64,000 bases of DNA, taken from positions 1-64,000 of the forward strand of contig JAXLNO010002682.1 of the NCBI GenBank assembly GCA_038087875.1, in the 5' to 3' direction. Shown piece by piece: positions 37,201-46,107 of the stretch. The notes below the pieces were generated by a model. It made no database searches, was not told the origin of the DNA, and saw only the letters and a program-made list of their open reading frames with translations. The stretch is from Malacoraja senta (lineage: Eukaryota). A program made the position numbers and the translations under genes. Every line of letters begins with the position of its first letter. Positions within the stretch are counted from its first letter, which is position 1.

Positions 37201-40200
37201 TAAATCTCATCTAAAATTATTTTGTGAAATGTCTACATGCTTGAATTCACAATGTCTTTTCCGGGGATAAATTCTGCTCCAGTACTTGTTTTCTGACCTG
37301 AATATTCAGTGGCACCTTTATTTCCTAGTCAGAACCATGCCACGACTCTCTCACACACGCCATGGGACAGGTACCTGTTGAGATTGAGTGGAGGCCGTTT
37401 TGTGAGAAGTCACTACTTTAATAGTTTTTAAATATCTAAGTCAGGACATTTGAAAATGTTAAAGTAGATTGAAATGTTTTAAATTTAATTAAATGCATTG
37501 AAACACTTTCAAGCAGTTAGAAAAGTGAAAATAAAGATGCATAAAAAAACACATTTTCCACACTTCAATGACCCCATTCAAATGAATGAGGGTTACTATT
37601 CCTACATCAACTCTCCCTAGCATACAGTGCCCTCCATCATGTTTGGGACAAAGACCCATTTATTTATTTGCCTCTGTACTCCACAATTTGAGATTTGTAA
37701 TAGAAAAAAAATCTCATGTGGTCACAGTGCACATTGTCAGATTTTAATAAAGGCCATTTATATACATTTTGGTTTCACCATGTAGAAATTACAGCAGTGT
37801 TTATACATAGTCCTCCCATTTCAGGGTACCATAATGTTTGGGAGACATGGCTTCAAGGGTGTTTATAATTGCTCAGGTGTGTTTAATTGCCTCCTTAATG
37901 CAGGTATAAGAGAGTTCTCAGCACCTAGTCTTTCCTCCAGTCTTCCCATCACCTTTGGAAACTTTTAGTGCTGTTTATCAACAAGGGCAAAAGTTGTGCC
38001 AAAGAAGCCATTATGAGACTGAGAAACAAGAATAAAACTGTTAGAGACATCAGCCAAACCTTAAGCTTACCATAATCGACTGTTTGGAACACCATTAAGA
38101 AGAAAGAGAGCACTGGTGAGCTTACTAATTGCAAAGGGACTGGCAGGCCTAGAAAGACCTCCACAGCTGATGACAGAAGAAATCTCTCTATAATAAAGAA
38201 AAATCCCCGAACACCTATCCAACAGATCAGAAACACACTTCAGGAGTCAGGTGTGGATTTGTCAATGACCACTGTCCGCAGAAGACTTCATGAACAGAAA
38301 TACAGTACCACGGGGATGAAAGCATGTTGTGTTCCCTCCGCTTGTACTGCACTAAAGACTATGAGTTACAACCTCTATTTGTGGGTCTGATCATTCAACA
38401 CTAGCTCACTTATCTTTATTGATGATACAACTGCTGATGGTAGTAGCATAATGAATCCTGTAGTGTATAGACACATCCTATCTGCTCAAGTTCAAACAAA
38501 TGCCTCAAAACTCATTGGCCGGTGGTTCATTCTACAGCAAGACAATGATCCCAAACATATTGCTAAAGCAACAGTTTTTCAAAGCTTAAAAAATGGTCAA
38601 TTCTTGAGTGGCCAAGTCAATCACCTGATCTGAACCCATTTGAGCATGCCTTTTATATGGTGGCGAAAATTGAAGGGGACTAGTCCCCAAAACAAGCATA
38701 AGCTATAGATGGCTGCAATACAGCTTGGCAGAGCATCACCAGAGAAAACACCCAGCAACTGGTGATGTCCATGAATTGCAGACTTCAAGCAGTCATTGCA
38801 TGCAAAGGATATGCAACAAAATACTAAACATGACTACTTTCATTTACATGACATTGCTGTCCCCCAAATACCCTTTATTAAAATCTGACAATGTGCACTT
38901 TAACCACATGTGATTTTTTTCTATTATAAATCTCAAATTGTGGAGTACAGAGGCAAATAAATAAATGATGGGTCTTTGTCCCAAACATTATGGAAGGCAC
39001 TGTATACAAAGTGCTAGTGTCATTCGTCTACCACTTTATAGTGAATCCAGAAAAGGTGTGGACTATCAGATATGTCTGCATCTAACCTTAATTTTAGGCT
39101 TTTGTTTCTTACTATACATGTGGGTAAGCAAGAGTTCCTGAGTTACATATAACTGATAGCCCTATTAGCCAGCATGATTACTTCCTATTAAAATATACTT
39201 CATATTTTGTTTCCTTTTGAATATACTTTTTCTGTTGTTCATACAGGTGTTAAGCCAGCACTGTGTTCAGCAGACAATGGCTCTGGTCCTTTCTCTTGTT
39301 GCAAGCCTGATTCGTGTTGTAGGTGCCGCATTAATTGCTCAGGTAATGCTGGTTATGGGTGAACTTATTTTGATTCCTCGAATGGTTCGCATATTTTTCT
39401 AATGTAAATTTGAGTTTGTTGGAATGACTACATGATGTTAGAGAAGTTCAAGCTGAATGCTGCTATAGAAAGCTGAAAGACGGCATGGAAATTGCACAAT
39501 GAATTTAAAGTGAAGCGAAAATGCTTTAATTTGACGAAGGGACACAGGAAACTAATTCTAACACATTCTTTGGTAGTCACTATGTGGACTGTTAATGTGA
39601 TTTCACCGTGGGCTGCAGCATTTTTATTCATGCAGCTTTCTGCGACAGTATTAATAGGAATGATCTTCAGAAGTCCAGCCATAAATTGATAAGAATGTAG
39701 ATTCAGGTTTTGGTGACATGAACGATGAACGTGTTTTGGTAAAAGCAGTTGATATTGGTGAAGAAAATAGCCTTGGAAATGGATCAGATGTGGCTGTGAA
39801 GTATGTTCAGCACGTCTGAATGTGCAGTGTTTGCAAGAATAAAAGATCATTTTTGTCAGAAGTACACAGTGTTGATGTTGGTGGAAAGATTGTGGAAGAT
39901 GAGGAGAGACTGCAAATTATAGTTTCACATCATTTTATTTGCGTCATAGAAACTCAGTTTGTAAGCTTTGGTCACAATGTACTTGTATTGGAGGACATTT
40001 ATGAGATATTGATGTGCTTCAGAACTTTAAATGGAAATGGGAGTTGAATTGATTCTTGACGATGGTTGGGAAGAGTTGAACATTATTTTATGTTCAAAAA
40101 AAAGGTTTTGAAGGGAGTCAGGTTTGTCCCTGGGGTTAGAGATGATAGAAATGTTGGAATTTTTTATTACATTTGTAAACTCTTTTCACATAAATGCTGT

Positions 40201-43200
40201 TGGAGTAAGTTTTTATTCAGTATCTCCTTTTTGGGTACTGATATGTGAATTCTGTACGGGCAAATGTTTGTGACACGATGTATTATAATGCAGGGGTACA
40301 CTTAACAACAAAACACCAAGGAGCCCATCAATATTCCCTGAGCCCAGTGCAAATGAGGTGAAGAAGGTGACTGAGTATATCAAATTGACTGTTGGAATCA
40401 ACATTCCATCAGTTCTCCATTTATATGCAGAATGATGCATATTTGGAAGCGATTAGATGATTATTGACAAAATGGATGCAGCAATTAGTCATACACATGT
40501 GATGTTCTTTGGTTTCTTGATCTGATAAGCAGAAACTGCTGTGTGATTCCCTTACGATAGCAATTAATCTTATTTGTGCCATAGGTGGTATTGTTTCTCA
40601 GTTTCCTTCTACCCCTAAATCCTCCTGATCATGTTCGTCTTGCTGCACTGGAATTTTTGGGATCCCTGGGGACAACTGTCATATCGCCAGATGTTCAGGT
40701 ACCCTGACTTCCACTGTATCTTTTTTTTAAAATCTAGACTATTTTGATAAAAACATGCGATTTACAGTTCATTTGTTCTGCAACTTTTAATGTCAGTCCA
40801 CAGGGTGAAAACTGTAATTACTATAAAATATCATGCCCTGTTCTAACCTTGGGTACTCCTAAGGCAGTTGCAACCAGAATCAGCCATGGGTAACCCAGGG
40901 AAAGTACTGTGCCTTTGGGCCAGGTCTGGCCCAGTTCTTGTGTTTGCTCCCTTCATTATTCCTACTGCCACACCTCTGTGGCCATGCGAGCCCAACCATC
41001 CTCCAGTGCTTGCCATTGAGGCTGTCCTGTGAAATTGAGCAGTCCATAAGTGCCAACCAAGTCTCAAATCTTGAGGTCCTGTCCATGGGTTAAATTTATG
41101 TAAATTTGCATCATGCCATTCTCACAGGAATTCAAGATTCTTATCCTGTATGGAAAGAAGTAGTTGTGTCAGGCATATTTTGCAACCTCAGTAAAGCCCC
41201 AGAGTTCTTCATTGCTAATGGAAGATCGTTAAGCATAGCGAGAGTAGTAGTGTATCCCGAAACATTTGAGGTCAAAGGTAACTAATGGAATAAACCAGCT
41301 GTCAAAAAAAGTTTTTTTAATTACGTTCGGATTTTAAATAAATAAGATTTCAGAGCTGTGTTTCATTTCCATTGCAGGGTATGGTACTTCCAAAGCTACC
41401 TTGTCTATTTGGTTTACTTCTGGCTGACCAGTCCTGGCTAATTCTTCAGCATGCATTGCAAGGATTTACACGGTTTGCTGAGGTGACAATTGATATTTAT
41501 ATATTGGTATTGGTTTATTATTGTCACGTGTATTGAGACACAGTGAAAAGCTTTGTTTGCACGCTATCCAGTCAAATCATACTATATACGAGTGAGGGAG
41601 GCACAGTGGTGCAGCTGGTACAGCTGACTCCTCACAGCACTAGAGACCTGGGTTTGATCCTAAATTCATGTCCTGTCTGTGTGGAGTTTGCACATTCTCC
41701 CGGTGACCAAGCAGGTTTCCTCTGCGTACCCCAGTTTCCTCCCACATCTTAAAGACGTTGCGGATTTGTAGGTTAATTGTCCTCTGTAAATAGCACCTAG
41801 TGTGTAGGGAGTGGATTTGAAAGTGGGATGACATAGAACTAGTGTAAAAGGGTGATTGGTGGTCAGCATTGAATCGGTGGGCCGAAGGGTCCATTTCCAT
41901 GCTATTTATCAGGGGTTCCCAACCTTTTTTGTCCCGTTTACCCCTGGCAACTTTAATAGCACATAACAATGTTATTTTACTTATTTATGAACAACTAATG
42001 ATGAACACATACCGGCATACCAGAACCAAACAGTCAGTCAATGAGAAAAACTATGTACAAATCCAGAATCAACAAATTTACCCCCTGGGTAGGTAAAATT
42101 TACCCCCTGGTTGGGAATCCTTGCTCTATATAAACTACACATTTAAGCCATATGCAAGTACAACAGGTAGTGCAAAGAGAAATAGTAAGAGTGCAGAATA
42201 TATTGTTACATCATTATAAAATGTTATAGTTACTGAGATTATTCAGTATTAAAAAAATAATTGCAAGGTCCACATTGTGTCAGTTGCACGATTGGGACTA
42301 CACCTTAGCTAATGGAAGGATCATTTAATAGTCTGGTAACAGCGGAAAATAAGCTGTTCCTGGATCTGGTTGTACGTGCTTTCACGCTTTTGTATCTTCT
42401 GCATGCTAGGGGGACCAGGGAATGGCGGGAGTGAAAATGGTAATTGATCATGTTGGCTGCTTTCCCGAGGCAGCACAAAGTGTGGATGGAGTTGATGGTA
42501 GGGAGGATGGTTTGTGTGCTGGACTGGGCTACATCCACAATTCTGCTATTTTTGTGGTCTTGGGCAGAACTGTTGCCAAAACAAGCAGTGATCCATCCTG
42601 ATAAAATGTCTATAGTACATCCGTAAGATTTGTTGGAAACATGGCAAACTTCCTTAGTCTTCAGAGGATGTAGAGGCTGTGTTTGTTTAATATAATATGA
42701 ATACAATTAATATTGAGTACAGTCATGCAGCTTGACAGGGTAATCCGGTATACATTAGTAATTTCCTCGTATTATTGGGAAACTATCATATGATTGCTTA
42801 TTTATATCATCCTTTATCTTGCATCTTTTGACCTATTTCATCCTTTTTCCGCCAAGTTGAGCACATTTTCAGTCGAATAGGTGTGAAACCAAGTTATTAA
42901 ATATATCATGATCTTGGAGCCCTGCCAGTTATTAATGTATTTGTAAAATGGCCAGTGCGTCAACCAATTTAAAATTTTGAAATCTGAACGAATCCCATTT
43001 TCCAGCTATAACTAGGTGTATAAAAGTTGTTCAAATATAATTAATTTCAATGTACCATGAATTACATTGAAGAGATAATCAATACGATGGACTAAAGAGG
43101 TCCCTACTGCTTAGCAGAATTTATATTTTAGACCTTCCATGAAAAATGACACTTTTGGAACATCATCTAATTGCAAATCAATTGAATATAAACAAGTACA

Positions 43201-46107
43201 TGTTTTTTTTTAAATTGTTTTTGAACCTTCAGCAGAGATGAAGAATAAGTAGCAAAGCCTTTCTTTCAGGAAACTTGCCATGAGGAAGTGGTTCCACAGA
43301 GTCTAGTGTCCGGGAATACAAAGAGCAAAGTTGTAAGCTTTCTGAACAAGGTATGATAAATTAAAATTGATGGTGGAACAAATGGACTAATTTCTTTCTT
43401 TTTAAAATTTGCTTCATTATAAAATTGCTTCATTGGTCTTGGTAATGTTATTCTGGGAAACTGATATAAAACAATTAGCAAATGCCTCAAAAGGCTACAA
43501 GATGAAATATTTAAATTAACTGTTTATAGTTATCTCTGGCAAGTTCAGCATTTATTGCCATTGGTCTTTAAAATTGCATTGGTCTTTAAAATGGGAGTGT
43601 GCCACTATAAACCATCGCAGTCTTTCTGGTGTATGTACTCCAATAATGCTGTTTGACAAGGAGTTCTAGAATTTAGACCCAGCAACGTTAAACAGACACC
43701 AGTATTGTTCTACTTCTGCACCATTGATGATGCTGTTTAATGCATGTACTTCACTGTGATTCCTGAAGTCGATAACGAGCTCGTTTGTCTTGCTGACATT
43801 AAGGGAAAGGTTGTTGTCCTGACATCGTGATCTGACCCATCACAGTATTGTCATCTGCAGTCTTCATATTATATATTATGAAAGCAGGAACCCAAGCAGT
43901 GATCGCTGCAATGCCTCTACCACAGTGAAAAGCCCAATTATTCCAAATTTGTTTCCTCTGCCAACCAATTTTCTTTACACATACATGAATTCTGCACACT
44001 TATCCAAGCCCTTCTGAAAATCTAATACATACCCATTGGTTTTCTTTTCTACCAGTTATATCCTCAGAAACCTCCAATAGATTTTGTCAAAACTAATTCC
44101 TTTCCATAAATTTATAAGTCATGTAGGAATGACTGAAGTTGGCTGAAGAATTACTTTGGTGAGGGTGACAGTTGCAGGAGGAAACAGATGGGACATTCAC
44201 TCATTTGTTGAACATGATTGTTACCATTTCACAAGCTGGGCTCTGTTAGTGTTGACTGTATTGATTGGGCTGTTCTGTTTGTCCACTGCCTTTCATGAAT
44301 TGATGTGGCAGGAGTGCACATCTTTGATCTGGTCTTTTGATTGTGAAAATGCTTGGCTCTCACATGCAATTTAGCAAGTATATTCTCCATCTTAGCAGCT
44401 TCAGGTTGGTATTATTTGATGTTACTCTTGATGTCATTGCCCGTGAGCCAGGGTTGTTCCCCTAGCTTGATTGTAAAAGTAGGATATGGGATTAGCCAAG
44501 TTGAGGTTCCAGATAATGGTATCCATTCTGCTTCTGGTGCCCAGTTTTGAGCCACCAGATCTGTTCTGACAAATAATACTCAAGTTCTTTTCTGGCTTAA
44601 AAACAGCAATAGACTTTTACAGCTATCTTTCTAGAATGTTTTCACGGAACTGACTATGCTGTAAGGACACATTGCGTTGGTTTTGATCCACCATCCTTTC
44701 AGTTTATAGGTTACCAGGATTTTTTTAATATAAATTTGATAGCCAGCTCATCTGAATTCCTATTTTAAATAATCCTACATGCTGGTACTCATTTCAGAAT
44801 GTGGCTGGCGTCAGAATAAAAATGATGAGCCTGAGTTGAAGTATCCTGTCTGCATAATTTGAATCCTGTAGCCTTTGAATTAGAGGTTGAACTTCAATTG
44901 GATTGAGAATTTTTTGATGTTCCAATTTCAATTGATTTACATGAAAAATTGGAACAGAACGCTAGTAGAGCAAACAACCGTAACAGTCAAACAGGATTTA
45001 GTTAATTTCTTAAAAGTCAAGATTGGCTAGTATATTCTATCTTTAGCTTTCTGGAAAAACAGAAAAATGCCAAGTCCCATAGAGCACTCAAACAATGTTT
45101 TTTTTCTCCACTTAAGCAGGCAATCACAACAGTTGAGTGCAAGGAATTACGAATAGAGAGGATGAAACAAGAAAATACTGCTCTCGAGGCACATTTTAGT
45201 AGTCTAAGCCAATGTGCCATGAATGACACTGCAATGCAGGTATAGTTTCAAACCACAATTGATCAAAATATTTTCTCTCTCTCTCTCTCTCCTCCCCCCC
45301 CCCCCCCCCCCCCCCCCCATCTGATGGAGTAAATTTGGGCTGAGACTTGCTACTGCTTTAATTTTATGGCCAAAGATAGACTATGACAATGAACGTTCAC
45401 AGCGTAATCTCCTTTTCTTTCATGTTTACTTGTATATCTCTAAAACGATTTGCAAATGGCATTTTGCAGCAAGCACCTTAATCCATTTTTTTCTTGCAAA
45501 ATTATGTTTCCGTGGCCCTCAATGAAATGTGCTATTTAGAACTATAGAGCATGTTTTCTTGTCAATATTTATACATACAATTATGAGAAAGCAGCAAGAT
45601 AACAGAGCAGACATGGGTTAGTCAAAGCTCAAGAGGTTAATTGCTGTGCTATTCCTGTGCAGCAGAGAACTGTCACCTGGAGACACTAACTGCAGATGAT
45701 GGAATTTTAAGTAAAACACTAGCTGGAGAAACTTGGGTCAGGTACCCTTCAGAGTGAGGAAGGATCGCGATTCAAAATGTAGTCTGTCCATTTCCCCCTA
45801 CAGATGTAGCCTGACCCATTGAGTTCCTTCAGTATTAGATTTTTGCTTGCGAACTGTCACCTATTCAACTGTTGCACAAATCGTAAGCTTTTATTTTAAT
45901 TTTCAGCCATCTGCGAAGCGTGCCCGAAAGGAACCACGTGAGGAGCAGTATGAGACAGCCTTGGAAACAGCAGAAAATGTTTTTAAAACATTGCAGAATT
46001 TGTTAAAACAGGAACCAACACCACACTGGGTAACAGTCCGTTTACAAGCCTTGCAGGAAACGATCATTGCTTTGAATAGCAGCAAGCAAGAACCTATGAA
46101 AATTTGA
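1204..46107 (+). CDS. FIRRM: FIGNL1-interacting regulator of recombination and mitosis (C1orf112) ortholog; 23 coding exons in the window (about 877 codons), 5'-partial
   Basis: GT-AG exons joined by hand give one open, phase-consistent frame. It matches remembered human C1orf112 motifs: EQTFASQVLPK, LFKEAYSLQKQ, MDHALHANTWKF, LFQKTLKLCRFF, KFPPS, DTWCFLARYGSADLCAHHV, FSPKEA, HEEVVPQSL, PSAKRAR. Tail-to-tail with SCYL3 as in human. Confidence 0.95.
2721..2809 (+). CDS. FIRRM: FIRRM exon 2: SLKILVDKFLPHIRLSEIEQTFASQVLPK
   Basis: AG/GT bounded; matches FLPH...EQTFFSQVLPK. Confidence 0.92.
4104..4208 (+). CDS. FIRRM: FIRRM exon 3: AMTLFDELANEVTQHVGGLSSQNTGLQAALRNTIQ
   Basis: cag/gtagg boundaries; GLSSQN motif. 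Confidence 0.92.
4712..4768 (+). repeat. 29-bp-period tandem duplication
   Basis: GGATATATAGGGTGCCATGTTGAAATAT twice. Confidence 0.9.
5365..6172 (-). mobile_element. GC-rich non-coding retroelement with Rex1-like (TTGAAC)n tail
   Basis: Shares both ends with 23845-24645. Confidence 0.6.
6430..6570 (+). CDS. FIRRM: FIRRM exon 4: FQIQILEIL...HILKNTFCHCK
   Basis: cag/gtgaga boundaries; matches HIIKSTFVHCK; start chosen from length match to human. Confidence 0.88.
7690..8535 (+). mobile_element. Penelope-like element 3' fragment (GIY-YIG endonuclease C-terminus, pyrimidine-rich 3' UTR, inverted terminal pieces)
   Basis: Translates to VANHFNS...LHCQS...KLEEQHLLF.L..LQPS..NIEFSNFR*; followed by ccgaaa(c)gtcacc...gcatctgcag terminal repeats. 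Confidence 0.75.
8539..9107. mobile_element. PIF/Harbinger-type MITE, CpG-rich
   Basis: TIR AGGGTCTGTCCCACTTGGGCGTCATTTGC and its reverse complement; TTA TSD; interrupts a Penelope terminal repeat. Confidence 0.85.
9152..9183 (+). ncRNA. Penelope-type minimal hammerhead motif
   Basis: CTGAAGA-A-GGGGCTCAACCC-GAAA-CG-TC. Confidence 0.55.
9700..9865 (+). CDS. FIRRM: FIRRM exon 5: ESETLYSGRLDLVADILQSLFKEAYSLQKQFMELLD...
   Basis: tag/gtctgt boundaries; LFKEAYSLQKQ. Confidence 0.93.
9973..10057 (+). CDS. FIRRM: FIRRM exon 6: VHSVLEICSVISKMDHALHANTWKFLI
   Basis: cag/gtaagt boundaries; strong motif match. Confidence 0.94.
10393..10531 (+). CDS. FIRRM: FIRRM exon 7: ISVKHRALLED...LCEDILYSFNSCLHFAEQMSQPAVE
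   Basis: tag/gtaact boundaries; LCEDIL motif. Confidence 0.93.
11260..11785 (+). mobile_element. Two tandem HE1-type (V-SINE) tRNA-derived SINEs
   Basis: A-box/B-box (GGTTCGATCC) heads, V-domain-like core, gcctgtttccatgctgtat tail shared with the CR1 3' end. Confidence 0.85.
12179..12268 (+). CDS. FIRRM: FIRRM exon 8: GNGNSVDGKLFQKTLKLCRFFAYTLVHYVK
   Basis: cag/gtaata boundaries; LFQKTLKLCRFFA. Confidence 0.94.
12500..14580 (+). mobile_element. Degraded Rex1-type LINE 3' portion
   Basis: [37 protein letters not shown]...SGRRYR. Confidence 0.85.
14125..14327. mobile_element. hAT (Charlie-like) MITE inserted in the Rex1 3' UTR
   Basis: TIR CAGTGCTTCTTAAA/TTTAAGAAGCACTG; imperfect 8-bp TSD AGCTAGGG/AGCTACAG. 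Confidence 0.75.
14842..14906 (+). CDS. FIRRM: FIRRM exon 9: EFTDFLSTSCRLLHHLYLQMY
   Basis: tag/gtaagc boundaries. Confidence 0.92.
15498..15646 (+). CDS. FIRRM: FIRRM exon 10: KFPPSINAP...RPFMEMVLQDNL
   Basis: poly-T tract with cag acceptor, gtgagt donor. Confidence 0.93.
16675..16804 (+). CDS. FIRRM: FIRRM exon 11: FCSELAFPQCLLLLNIMDKLPSQ...EEKT
   Basis: aag/gtgagg boundaries; FPQCLLL, MDKLPSQ. Confidence 0.93.
17401..17675 (+). mobile_element. 5'-truncated copy of the 21395 family
   Basis: Hairpin tccatcacagtga..tcactgtgatgga; gacaataaa plus (TTCTA)n tail. Confidence 0.65.
18224..18410 (+). CDS. FIRRM: FIRRM exon 12: LPLLHSLF...ELSLPAQLPG...LYEYVCTHLCSFITS...FPEL
   Basis: cag/gtgagt boundaries. 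Confidence 0.93.
19155..19435 (+). mobile_element. Ancient DeuSINE (SacSINE1/AmnSINE1-like) remnant
   Basis: Colinear with the remembered Deu-domain consensus (ctcaggtg..taaaagat..tggcact; ttatctggtcattat; tgggacctt; ggctgtaa..cctgag). Confidence 0.6.
19496..19578 (+). CDS. FIRRM: FIRRM exon 13: ECSLLDAVLSPYVLTALLASDTWCFLA(R)
   Basis: cag/gtaggt boundaries; conserved WCFLAR. Confidence 0.94.
19732..19797 (+). ncRNA. Putative hammerhead ribozyme in non-circularly permuted (pseudoknotted) strand order, within a retroelement 3' tail fragment (about 19698-19830)
   Basis: GGGTGT-C-TGATGT ... GACCC-GAA-ACACCC ... ACATCA-CTGATGA-TGTGTTC: 6-bp stem III, 6-bp stem I, complete core and GUC site; stem II weak. 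Confidence 0.65.
19929..19980 (+). CDS. FIRRM: FIRRM exon 14: YGSADLCAHHVSLIANL
   Basis: cag/gtaagc boundaries. Confidence 0.94.
20140..20830 (+). mobile_element. Old LINE 3' fragment (CR1-group)
   Basis: ILGLT.D.KLNWT..I motif typical of the LINE RT C-terminus. Confidence 0.5.
21395..22185 (-). mobile_element. GC-rich non-coding retroelement with an internal tandem duplication
   Basis: 21400-21670 is the reverse complement of 17401-17665; repeated unit gcgaactggggctcc..gatggtaagtcc. Confidence 0.65.
23131..23220 (+). CDS. FIRRM: FIRRM exon 15: VKSCCGDCFQLFHLSLLLRRLLFLMAAEHQ
   Basis: cag/gttagt boundaries. Confidence 0.93.
23845..24645 (-). mobile_element. GC-rich non-coding retroelement, same family as 5365-6172
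   Basis: Shared ...gatgaaaggaca.acagctgc end, poly-C run and gagggaaggca stem region. Confidence 0.6.
25536..25720. mobile_element. PIF/Harbinger-type MITE with the same terminal 16 bp as the 8539 element
   Basis: AGGGCCTGTCCCACTTTCACGACCT ... AGGTTGTGAAAGTGGGACAGGCCCT. Confidence 0.8.
26082..26112 (+). ncRNA. Penelope-type minimal hammerhead motif (inverted partner at 26011-26043)
   Basis: CTGAAGA-A-GGGTCTCGACCA-GAAA-CG-TC. Confidence 0.55.
26487..26715 (+). repeat. Polypurine (GA-rich) low-complexity tract
   Basis: Nearly pure G/A; internal duplicated gaataagagagggagggagaaaaaaagg. Confidence 0.85.
26830..28737 (-). pseudogene. CR1 ORF2 reverse transcriptase portion (635 open codons)
   Basis: KSPGPD, NYRPVSL, QHGF, DFSKAFD, GVPQGSVLGP, YADDT. 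Confidence 0.93.
28703..29584 (-). pseudogene. CR1 ORF2 apurinic endonuclease portion
   Basis: ETW, GGGV, YRPP, GDFNFP, LDL, SDH motifs. Confidence 0.93.
29653..29849. mobile_element. Young palindromic Penelope-derived insertion inside the CR1 LINE
   Basis: About 77-bp inverted arms; 17-bp TSD ACCACTTATTCTCTGTT at 29636-29652 and 29850-29866; nearly identical to the 33196 copy. Confidence 0.85.
31690..32680 (-). mobile_element. Degraded Rex1-type LINE 3' fragment
   Basis: [43 protein letters not shown]. Confidence 0.8.
33196..33453. mobile_element. Young palindromic Penelope-derived non-autonomous insertion
   Basis: About 100-bp near-perfect inverted arms; 15-bp TSD AGTTCAAAGGCATCT at 33181-33195 and 33454-33468. 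Confidence 0.85.
33363..33393 (+). ncRNA. Penelope-type minimal hammerhead ribozyme motif
   Basis: CTGAAGA-A-GGGT-TTCG-GCCC-GAAA-CG-TT; self-complementary AACGTT helix III. Confidence 0.7.
34159..34344 (+). CDS. FIRRM: FIRRM exon 16: VIFVKRFSPKEASNLLLW...SSLGELEHV
   Basis: cag/gtaaga boundaries. Confidence 0.93.
36375..36650 (+). mobile_element. Degraded V-SINE
   Basis: tgtgtgaagtttgca...ccggtttcttcccacat core and gcctgtttctgtgct tail. Confidence 0.6.
36692..36814 (+). CDS. FIRRM: FIRRM exon 17: NVALAALLAVCHAQGEGL...QIWTFLTVEQ
   Basis: cag/gtgagc boundaries. Confidence 0.92.
37625..39002 (+). mobile_element. Tc1/mariner (IR-DR type) transposon, defective with internal deletion
   Basis: About 130-bp TIRs CAGTGCCCTCCAT../..ATGGAAGGCACTG; TA flanks at 37623-24 and 39003-04; transposase pieces GRPRKT, QQDNDPKH, WPSQSPDLNPFEH. 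Confidence 0.93.
39247..39342 (+). CDS. FIRRM: FIRRM exon 18: VLSQHCVQQTMALVL...LIAQ
   Basis: cag/gtaatg boundaries. Confidence 0.9.
40585..40698 (+). CDS. FIRRM: FIRRM exon 19: VVLFLSFLLPLNPPDHVRLAALEFLGSLG...DVQ
   Basis: tag/gtaccc boundaries; matches PDYVRLA motif. Confidence 0.92.
41378..41482 (+). CDS. FIRRM: FIRRM exon 20: GMVLPKLPCLFGLLLADQSWLILQHALQGFTRFAE
   Basis: cag/gtgaca boundaries. Confidence 0.93.
41599..41909 (+). mobile_element. HE1-type V-SINE
   Basis: Same structure as the 11260 and 11520 copies. Confidence 0.85.
41910..42123. mobile_element. hAT-type MITE inserted in a SINE tail; a related fragment lies at about 46561-46630
   Basis: CAGGGGTTCCCAACC ... GGTTGGGAATCCTTG; subterminal TTTACCCC repeats. 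Confidence 0.7.
42140..42700 (-). mobile_element. Degraded Rex1-type LINE 3' fragment (tail continues at about 41505-41590)
   Basis: ITACFGNSSAQD, CLGKAANMI, RRYKSVKART.RSRNS. Confidence 0.75.
43270..43350 (+). CDS. FIRRM: FIRRM exon 21: ETCHEEVVPQSLVSGNTKSKVVSFLNK
   Basis: cag/gtatga boundaries. Confidence 0.93.
45120..45239 (+). CDS. FIRRM: FIRRM exon 22: AITTVECKELRIERMKQE...TAMQ
   Basis: AAGCAG tandem acceptor, gtatag donor; ERMKQE matches ERVKQE. Confidence 0.87.
45274..45318 (+). repeat. (CT)n followed by a poly-C run
   Basis: Direct observation. Confidence 0.9.
45907..46107 (+). CDS. FIRRM: FIRRM terminal coding exon: PSAKRARKEP...EPMKI*
   Basis: tttcag acceptor; AKRAR basic motif; TGA stop. 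Confidence 0.92.
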   Translation, partial: PSAKRARKEPREEQYETALETAENVFKTLQNLLKQEPTPHWVTVRLQALQETIIALNSSKQEPMKI

